A stretch of DNA of 64,000 nt from a virus, in the IMG/VR virus record IMGVR_UViG_3300029268_000010, positions 26,516 through 90,515 of that record. The stretch is one strand, 5' to 3'. The notes under the pieces were generated by a model. It was not told the DNA's origin. It saw only the letters and a program-made list of their open reading frames with translations, and did no database searches. Shown in pieces: positions 57,988 to 64,000 of this stretch (position 1 is the stretch's first letter; the number at the start of each line of letters is the position of its first letter). The position numbers were made by a program, and so were the translations under genes.

Positions 57988-58428
57988 TTAAGATATTATT
58001 TTAGCAGTATAAGTTATTCCATCAAGGGTAACACTTACTTCTTTTCCAACAAGTGATATTATAGGAACTATATTTATACCACTGATATATTCAAATCCTT
58101 CTTTAAAATCAGCAGCTTCTGGAATAGCGAGTAATTTACTCCACTGTTCTTGTGTAATAGATTTCCAAAAATCGGATAATGAAAGTTTACCTGTGTTTGG
58201 AATAATGGTATTAACAAATGATAATATTTCGTTATATCTTTTTTCTCCAACAACTTTATTAAAGGCTCTATATCTTTCCTGCTGAAATGATTTTTCATTA
58301 TTAAAATTTTTTGAATAACAAAATATATTATATTCCGTCATTTTTAAATTTTTACAGGAGTAACAGGAGTAACAGGAGTTACAGGAGTTACAGGAGTAAC
58401 AGAAGTTACATTTAGTATTTGTTTCCAT
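57988..58428 (-). CDS. Protein with N-terminal (CxS)n repeat
   Basis: CNFCYSCNSCNSCYSCYSC. Confidence 0.6.
   Translation of the reverse strand: METNTKCNFCYSCNSCNSCYSCYSCKNLKMTEYNIFCYSKNFNNEKSFQQERYRAFNKVVGEKRYNEILSFVNTIIPNTGKLSLSDFWKSITQEQWSKLLAIPEAADFKEGFEYISGINIVPIISLVGKEVSVTLDGITYTAKIIS
58354..58410. repeat. In-frame 9-bp tandem repeat (ACAGGAGTW x5 plus one degenerate unit)
   Basis: acaggagta acaggagta acaggagtt acaggagtt acaggagta acagaagtt aca. Confidence 0.92.
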
Positions 58429-58442
58429 AGTTTTGGTTTTTA

Positions 58443-59333
58443 TTATTTATTAATAAGTTTTTCAAATTCATTTATTGCTAATGCTCTTTGGTAAGTAGTA
58501 AGTTCTTTGCCATAAACAAGTGCTTTTAGATTTTCACATTCAACAGCATCATTACTGGGTTGTTTTATTCCTTCATTATAGGCATTCTGAATTAACTGCA
58601 TTACTTCTTTTGGATATTCTTTTCCAATAGTAACACCCATTGCATACAAGTATGCTAAATTTGGCTTTGGTTTTTCTTCACCAATAACAGGCGAAGGTTG
58701 TTTGTTTTCTATTGGTTTATAACCAGTACATTGTGTTGCACTCTTATAGCAATTAGAAGAGGTTTCTTTGCCCTTTTGAGTATGTTCACAAATAGAACAA
58801 TCATATTGCTTTTCATCCCATACAAGTACTATGTGTCCTTCTTTGATAAGTGGAAATTTCTTTCCGTTACATGGAAAATCTTTACAGTCACACTTAGAAC
58901 TATCAGAACCAGTATATCCATAAGTTTCACAAAAACTATATTCAGCAAATACAGTTGTTTCGCCTTTATTCAGCACATCACAGATACGTGGTAGGTCTTC
59001 TTTGCTGATAGTGGGTATTGCATTTAATAATGGATAAGAAGCGATAATATTTTTTGCTGTTAATGAATACATATTTCCTGTTCCTGCAACCGCTACATTA
59101 TTTTCTCCATTATAATATAGTCCACCTTTTTGTGGATAAATAAACTTTTCATCACTTATAAGTAAGACTTGTTGAGGTTGCCAATAAATTCCAACATCTT
59201 TAAAATCCTGAATATATTGAGATAAGTCTGTTTCTCCATAGTCAAATCTTCCTGATGGATAATGCTTGACTACATCACCTTCCAGTATGGCTCTCTGCAA
59301 TGGGATGGGTATTATTGTTAGTTCTTTTTTCAT
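58443..59333 (-). CDS. Hypothetical protein
   Basis: 296-aa ORF with two Cys clusters. Confidence 0.6.
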   Translation of the reverse strand: MKKELTIIPIPLQRAILEGDVVKHYPSGRFDYGETDLSQYIQDFKDVGIYWQPQQVLLISDEKFIYPQKGGLYYNGENNVAVAGTGNMYSLTAKNIIASYPLLNAIPTISKEDLPRICDVLNKGETTVFAEYSFCETYGYTGSDSSKCDCKDFPCNGKKFPLIKEGHIVLVWDEKQYDCSICEHTQKGKETSSNCYKSATQCTGYKPIENKQPSPVIGEEKPKPNLAYLYAMGVTIGKEYPKEVMQLIQNAYNEGIKQPSNDAVECENLKALVYGKELTTYQRALAINEFEKLINK

Positions 59334-60766
59334 AAATCTTCAAAATAACGATAATCTAATTCTTTAAGGAAATAGGCTACTCCTATAGTGCCGACGAATC
59401 TGTTTTTTATCACGTCAGCGATCATTACATGCTCCAGATATTCTTGCAGTTTATGACCATTGTATTCTTTTATAAGAGTATCATGTGCTTTAGGGTTGTT
59501 TAATAGAACGATCTGAGTGGATATATCCGATAGTCTGGCTGATCCTCTTAGATGTTCTTCTGTGGGTCTGAATCCTGTAACGATATTTTCTTTGCTGAAC
59601 TGCTTCTTGTCAAAATGATGTGCAGCAATAATAATGGAATCTTCTTTGTGTTCATCATAGATATCGCCAAGGACTGTTGAAATATAATCATCGATCTCTG
59701 TCTGTTTATTTCCGAAACTTTGATCTGAGAGCTTCATAATATTATCAATGACTAAAATATATAGTCTTGACTCTCCTACCTTTCTTCTCTTGTCGCAGAA
59801 ATAGTTAAAATGAGAACGGATGTTTTTGATTTTAGTTCTTTTACCTACAAACTCAATATCAAAACGATTAAAATCTTCTTTAATGTTTACTATCAAAATT
59901 TTTTCTTCCGTATTTAAAATGTAATTTCTTTCTGATAGTTGATTTGCAGTTAAGAATGTTTTAGATGAGATATATCCTTTGACAATATTAACAGGCATAT
60001 CCTCCATTGAGTACCATAGAATAGATACATTTTCATTAAGCTCAGACACGCTGAACATCATTTCACTTATAAGTGAAGTTTTTCCTGATCCCGATTTTCC
60101 GGCTACAAGAATAAGGTTACCTGGGCAAAGCATTAGATATTGATTCAATGCCTTTGGATTCATCTGGTAATAATTCTTTTTAGTTCCTTCTTCTACATCA
60201 ATCATGTTTTTGAACATATCTTCCAGTGTATCATTAACAGTAGTGACAGTAGTCACTGAGTTGGCAACATCAAGAACCTTAAGATTCTTATCATGGTCTG
60301 CTGAAAGGTCAAATACATCTTCGCTATCGAGAAAAGCTCTGGAAGCAGTATCGGTACATATTCGTATTAACTCACGTTTCATAAACTTCTGATAGACAAT
60401 AAGCATATGATATTTGGTATTCACAGCATGAGTCATTTTATTAGTTAATTGTGTTACTGTTATAGCTCCATCAGCTACTAATTCATTCATAACTTTTAGC
60501 TGATGTGTCACAGTATGGATATCAATAGGTTTATTTTTAGAGTATAGTTCAAGTATAGCAGTACATATATGCTGATGTGCGGTCTTGTAAAACACTTCAG
60601 GCTTAAACCAATTGATGATTTCATTAATGATAATAGGAACACTTATGCAGGCCCCCAAGACAGCTTCTTCCAAATCTAAAGCCTGCGGTGGAACCATATC
60701 AAAACGGATCGTCGATGAATGTGTTGCTTTCTGCTTTATCCATTTCTTTTTGTTGTTGTTGTCCAT
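59330..60766 (-). CDS. dnaB: Replicative DNA helicase
   Basis: PPQALDLEEAVLGA, FY..AHQ.I..AI..L....PID..TV, AGKSGSGKTS, YSMED, VIDN, LRGS, IKNR. Start MDNNN at 60766. Confidence 0.88.
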   Translation of the reverse strand: MDNNNKKKWIKQKATHSSTIRFDMVPPQALDLEEAVLGACISVPIIINEIINWFKPEVFYKTAHQHICTAILELYSKNKPIDIHTVTHQLKVMNELVADGAITVTQLTNKMTHAVNTKYHMLIVYQKFMKRELIRICTDTASRAFLDSEDVFDLSADHDKNLKVLDVANSVTTVTTVNDTLEDMFKNMIDVEEGTKKNYYQMNPKALNQYLMLCPGNLILVAGKSGSGKTSLISEMMFSVSELNENVSILWYSMEDMPVNIVKGYISSKTFLTANQLSERNYILNTEEKILIVNIKEDFNRFDIEFVGKRTKIKNIRSHFNYFCDKRRKVGESRLYILVIDNIMKLSDQSFGNKQTEIDDYISTVLGDIYDEHKEDSIIIAAHHFDKKQFSKENIVTGFRPTEEHLRGSARLSDISTQIVLLNNPKAHDTLIKEYNGHKLQEYLEHVMIADVIKNRFVGTIGVAYFLKELDYRYFEDL

Positions 60767-61130
60767 TAGGAAATTTAGCTTTAAATTGTTTAATTCGTTT
60801 ACTGATATCATCTCTATCGTAATTACCAAATAGATAACTATCTCTTGGATTATCAGAAATATGAAAAGATTTTTTATATTCTCCAGTAGATACAAAATCA
60901 CTAAAGGATTTTAGTTTTTCAGATTTAGTAATAAATTTATCATCTTGTCCTTTGTATTTAGAATTCCACCATTCAAGGTATTTAGCAAAATGATTATATA
61001 TTACTTCGGGTGTGACAGGTTTTCCTTCAATTGTTAAACCTTCATAAGTAGTCATAAAAGTATAAGACTCTTTTGCAGAAACTTTATCTCCTTGAGGAAA
61101 TAAATTCCAAATCATTTCAAAATAATCCAT
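60699..61130 (-). CDS. Putative replication initiator/helicase-loader-like protein
   Basis: FE.IW..FP...K..A...Y pattern of phage replisome-organiser C-domains. Directly upstream of dnaB. Ends in DDPF. Confidence 0.45.
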   Translation of the reverse strand: MDYFEMIWNLFPQGDKVSAKESYTFMTTYEGLTIEGKPVTPEVIYNHFAKYLEWWNSKYKGQDDKFITKSEKLKSFSDFVSTGEYKKSFHISDNPRDSYLFGNYDRDDISKRIKQFKAKFPNGQQQQKEMDKAESNTFIDDPF

Positions 61131-61958
61131 TTATTCCTCCATGAATTTATATCCATCTTTTTTTAAGCGTTCACGTAATTGTTTGAAACCATTAGGACGA
61201 ATAAAAAGTTGTATCTTAATAACTTCTTGCTGTTTAATGGTAACTGGAATTTCCTTAACTACAAAATAGTGAAGAAATTTTTGATAAGGCTCATGTCCGC
61301 GCTTGCTTTTAAACAATACATTAACCTTACGAAGATATTCAAACAAGGTATTCCTACCAAATAATTCACCTTGTTTTTTGTAACATTTTAACAATTTTGC
61401 AGCTTCTCCTATACTCATCGCAGTATCAGGAAGTTTCATAAGATGATCAAATGCTTCTTCTTTTGGCGAGGGAAGTTCTTTGAATGATTGAAGAGGTTTT
61501 CGTTCTTCAATAATTTCTTTGAATTCTGCAGCAATTCCAGCAAATACACTATCTATTTGTTTATATGCATTATCAAATAACTTAGTGATTCTTAGATTGA
61601 TATCAGTAAAAACCACTTCTGGTCTTTCTTTTTGTTTGTTGTCCTGGCGGTCTGAAATATACTTTATTATAAGTTCTCTTAGTTCCTGACCTTTTTTCTT
61701 TTTTGACTGGATAGAGATCTGAAGAGCATATTCAGTAGTAATCATATAATCATACATCATATGACCATTTTTACCTTTTCCTATTTGAGTGATCATACAA
61801 TCATTGGGATCAGCATTTGCCAACCAGCGTTTTTTCCATCGTGTCCAGTGAGACAAATCAGCTTCAAAGAAGAAATATATCTGTCTTGCTGATACTGGAT
61901 GCGTAGGATGTCCTGTATCGTCAAATATGACAAGTTTAGTTTGTTGTTCCATCTTCAT
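61131..61958 (-). CDS. Phage antirepressor (AntA-like N-domain plus KilA-C/ANT C-domain)
   Basis: PVSARQIY.F....WTRW; SIGEAAKLL...GRN.LF.YLR..., PYQ...YF.VKE. Confidence 0.8.
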   Translation of the reverse strand: MKMEQQTKLVIFDDTGHPTHPVSARQIYFFFEADLSHWTRWKKRWLANADPNDCMITQIGKGKNGHMMYDYMITTEYALQISIQSKKKKGQELRELIIKYISDRQDNKQKERPEVVFTDINLRITKLFDNAYKQIDSVFAGIAAEFKEIIEERKPLQSFKELPSPKEEAFDHLMKLPDTAMSIGEAAKLLKCYKKQGELFGRNTLFEYLRKVNVLFKSKRGHEPYQKFLHYFVVKEIPVTIKQQEVIKIQLFIRPNGFKQLRERLKKDGYKFMEE

Positions 61959-62250
61959 CTCCTTTCGTAAGTGAGAGGTTAATAAAGATCTTCCTTCCTT
62001 CTATTCTCCAGGATTTGACAAAGAACTTAATTTTTGTAAGAAGAGGTAATATAGGTTTTGGTAGCACCCCTGCACAAAAAGGCTCCTGAAAGAAGTCATG
62101 TTCGAAATATATTTTTCCGGTTGCTGGCTCTACTATAGGTGGCTTAGTCAACTCTGGATTTTTGATCAACGCATCTTCCTGACGCGGGTTCAAAATGTGG
62201 TTGTCAATAAACAAGTCCATCGTTTCTGTTTTAAATTTTTGGTTTAGCAT
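61936..62250 (-). CDS. Hypothetical protein
   Basis: Probable start at 62250 or 62220. Confidence 0.5.
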   Translation of the reverse strand: MLNQKFKTETMDLFIDNHILNPRQEDALIKNPELTKPPIVEPATGKIYFEHDFFQEPFCAGVLPKPILPLLTKIKFFVKSWRIEGRKIFINLSLTKGDEDGTTN

Positions 62251-62512
62251 TTTCTTTTTCATTTTTAAAAGTGTTGTAAATACTTTTATCATTAAGTAGT
62301 ACAAATTTCCATTCAGGTTCTTTGAATCTACGAGTCTTAAAGAATCCTGAATTTGAAAGAAGATCAACTATCTTTTTCTTTTCTTTTACTGAATGAGTGA
62401 TAATAACCAAAGTATCTGCTGTCTCATTACGAAACATAAGATCAATAGTAGGGTATTCTGTTTTCAGTAATTTATAAGTTTCATTTTTAATATCACTGTA
62501 TGTTTTTTGCAT
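62231..62512 (-). CDS. Hypothetical protein
   Basis: 93-aa ORF in the array. Confidence 0.5.
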   Translation of the reverse strand: MQKTYSDIKNETYKLLKTEYPTIDLMFRNETADTLVIITHSVKEKKKIVDLLSNSGFFKTRRFKEPEWKFVLLNDKSIYNTFKNEKENAKPKI

Positions 62513-62873
62513 TAGGTAAGAATGTAGGATTAAAGAAAATTATCCCAAACATAGGCTTGAGATATCTTTCAAAGAAATTGAGTTTCGTTGCCGACCGGCA
62601 ACGTTCTATCACGATCATATTTTCAGTAATATTCTCCCATTCATTTTTAGGAGTAAAACGGTTTTTTACAGCATATATAGCAGTAACATTGTTCCAGTAG
62701 TCTTTCTGGATGAATGCTTTGCTTTTGCCATCGCGGATGAAGTAATGACCTTTGTCATTGTCAATGTCGAGAATGTAGCCCATAAGAGCACAATAATCTG
62801 TCAATAAGTCAATGTTAGCATTTGAGAGCTGAGGCAGACTTAGAACTGGAAACTTTTGTTCGTTGTATCTCAT
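62493..62873 (-). CDS. Hypothetical protein
   Basis: 126-aa ORF in the array. Confidence 0.55.
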   Translation of the reverse strand: MRYNEQKFPVLSLPQLSNANIDLLTDYCALMGYILDIDNDKGHYFIRDGKSKAFIQKDYWNNVTAIYAVKNRFTPKNEWENITENMIVIERCRSATKLNFFERYLKPMFGIIFFNPTFLPNAKNIQ

Positions 62874-62874
62874 T

Positions 62875-63096
62875 TTACATTAATTTATAGTGATCGTGTG
62901 TTTCATTATCAATGGTTAAATCATTTGCTTCAGTATCGTACATGTGAGCTTCAATAAGAATAAACAGGACAACAGCCAGTAAAGACCATACGATAGACCA
63001 TGCTATTGCCCAGGGCCACCAGCAAAATATCCATATAGGAAAGAATACTCCAACATATACAATTAATGTTAAATAGTTAAATAAGGTTTTTTTCAT
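62875..63096 (-). CDS. Small membrane protein (2 TM segments)
   Basis: Two hydrophobic stretches followed by an acidic tail. Confidence 0.55.
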   Translation of the reverse strand: MKKTLFNYLTLIVYVGVFFPIWIFCWWPWAIAWSIVWSLLAVVLFILIEAHMYDTEANDLTIDNETHDHYKLM

Positions 63097-63124
63097 ACTT
63101 TTGTTATAGATTAAAGATTAAGAA

Positions 63125-63355
63125 ATGTTGGTAGATACAGAATACTATGTACCCGAAGTGACAAAAGTGCTCAATGAAAAATACGGGTACAGTTTCACTG
63201 AGAAGCAAATCAAAAGCATATTACTTTATTTCACAAAGAATATCTGTAAGACTATGTTTCATACAGAAGATGTGCATCTGCAAGGATATCTTAAAATAAA
63301 GTATAATAAGAATGCGGTGATGAAATATCACAAAGGAAAATCAATACGTTCCTGA
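63125..63355 (+). CDS. HU/IHF-like DNA-binding protein
   Basis: TEKQIKSIL..F...I...M...EDVHLQGYLKI resembles the HU helix2 and V.l.GF.f strand. Confidence 0.5.
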   Translation: MLVDTEYYVPEVTKVLNEKYGYSFTEKQIKSILLYFTKNICKTMFHTEDVHLQGYLKIKYNKNAVMKYHKGKSIRS

Positions 63356-63790
63356 AATGAACATTTTATATGTCTGCCACATAACATCTTCATTTTGTTT
63401 AGCGCGAACATACCAATAGTGACGGATAATATCAGCTGTGAGCATACTATCAGCCTGCTGCATTGTAATAGGTCTGTAGAGCATATCTTCTCCCTTGAGT
63501 ATGATGTGTCCATAACCGGTGAGAGTGTTTCCTAAAGAGTCTTTGTAAGGTTTTAACTTACACCTTTCCCTGGTACGCAACATTGGTTTTAATTTCATTA
63601 TCTCAACACTATCAGCATATGTGAGAGTGTCTTTGACAATAAGTGTTTTAGTGATAACTTTAATTTCAGCATGAGAATCAATCCATGATACCAGTCTATG
63701 CTTTAATACGTCAAATATTATCCCTAAAGCAATACAAGTTATAATTATTACAATAACCCATTTCAATTTAAAAGGAAATATACTTTTCAT
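63341..63790 (-). CDS. Membrane-anchored, C-terminally short GH24 lysozyme-like protein
   Basis: N-terminal TM; E..KLKPYKDSLG...GYGH; IT..QAD.ML..D. Confidence 0.7.
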   Translation of the reverse strand: MKSIFPFKLKWVIVIIITCIALGIIFDVLKHRLVSWIDSHAEIKVITKTLIVKDTLTYADSVEIMKLKPMLRTRERCKLKPYKDSLGNTLTGYGHIILKGEDMLYRPITMQQADSMLTADIIRHYWYVRAKQNEDVMWQTYKMFISGTY

Positions 63791-63907
63791 ATGGTTTAGT
63801 TTTAATTAAAAGAAAAGCAGCAGGAGTGATCCGGTACTGTCGTGATATCCCAAGCAGATAGTTTCTGGCCCACACTGTCGCGCAATCGGTTTTATTATTT
63901 GCTTACT

Positions 63908-63998
63908 TCACACTCCTGGCTTTTCTCGGAGGTTCTTATTTTTCTAATCGTCTTACTTTATCAGCAAGTTTAAGAACATTCTGGATAAACAGATCAGA
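63908..63998 (-). CDS. 3' end of a gene truncated by the window edge
   Basis: Open frame SDLFIQNVLKLADKVRRLENKNLREKPGV followed by TGA. Confidence 0.45.
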
Positions 63999-64000
63999 AG

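Larger units (their letters stand above)
1..64000. mobile_element. Fragment of a crAss-like (Crassvirales-related) bacteriophage genome, probable Bacteroidota host
   Basis: Gene order IHF-like > tail tubular > tail stabilisation > cargo proteins > giant virion RNAP protein. Two convergent arms. AT-rich translation starts mostly lacking SD. Bacteroidota-type DnaB N-terminus (PPQALDLEEAVLG) and PRTRC cassette. No host housekeeping genes or integrase in the window. Confidence 0.85.

Noticed and set aside
58354-58410. Possible CRISPR array
   Set aside because: 9-bp head-to-tail units with no spacers, in frame within a CDS. The Cas4-like nuclease has no accompanying cas genes.
60767-60901. Hydrophobic N-terminal extension of DnaB in the ORF track (apparent membrane anchor)
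   Set aside because: It overlaps the upstream gene in another frame. DnaB homology starts after the ATG at 60766.
63845-63862. TCCCAAGC resembling a twister ribozyme loop
   Set aside because: The flanking stems and pseudoknot partners of the twister consensus could not be built.
1-64000. Stop-codon reassignment (TAG or TGA), as known in some crAss-like phages
   Set aside because: Genes, including a 20-kb ORF, are intact under code 11. TGA ends many coupled genes (ATGA overlaps) and TAG ends wecB at the expected C-terminus.
1-64000. tRNA or rRNA genes, integrase or att sites
   Set aside because: Intergenic gaps are too short, and no cloverleaf/T-loop signature or recombinase motifs were seen.

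Overview
This 64-kb window is an AT-rich, densely coding fragment of a crAss-like (Crassvirales-related) Bacteroidota phage genome in the standard genetic code. It has two convergent arms that meet at a bidirectional terminator (~40.2 kb). The + arm (1-40180) is the late/virion arm. It starts with a translationally coupled sugar-modification cassette (UDP-GlcNAc 2-epimerase, three glycosyltransferase genes, three SAM methyltransferase genes). Next come an IHF-like gene, tail tubular and tail-stabilisation genes, three putative ejection proteins, and a single 6685-aa virion protein carrying an SF1 helicase, a degenerate PD-(D/E)XK domain, two HExxH zincin motifs and a crAss-type RNA polymerase (DYDID). 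The arm ends with tail/fibre genes. The - arm (40268-64000) is the early/replication arm, with a DnaB helicase, antirepressor, SbcC-like ATPase, Cas4-like nuclease, nucleotidyltransferase and many small ORFs. The most notable locus is a PRTRC-type ubiquitin-like conjugation cassette (protein E, Ubl ending in Gly, F-like protein, E2, E1/ThiF) coupled directly to a phage-encoded beta sliding clamp and followed by a PAPS-reductase-family enzyme. Protein E and the PAPS-reductase-family protein both end in clamp-binding-motif-like sequences, which suggests a clamp-targeted Ubl conjugation or sulfur-relay system. All family calls come from motif recognition by eye; no database searches were run.
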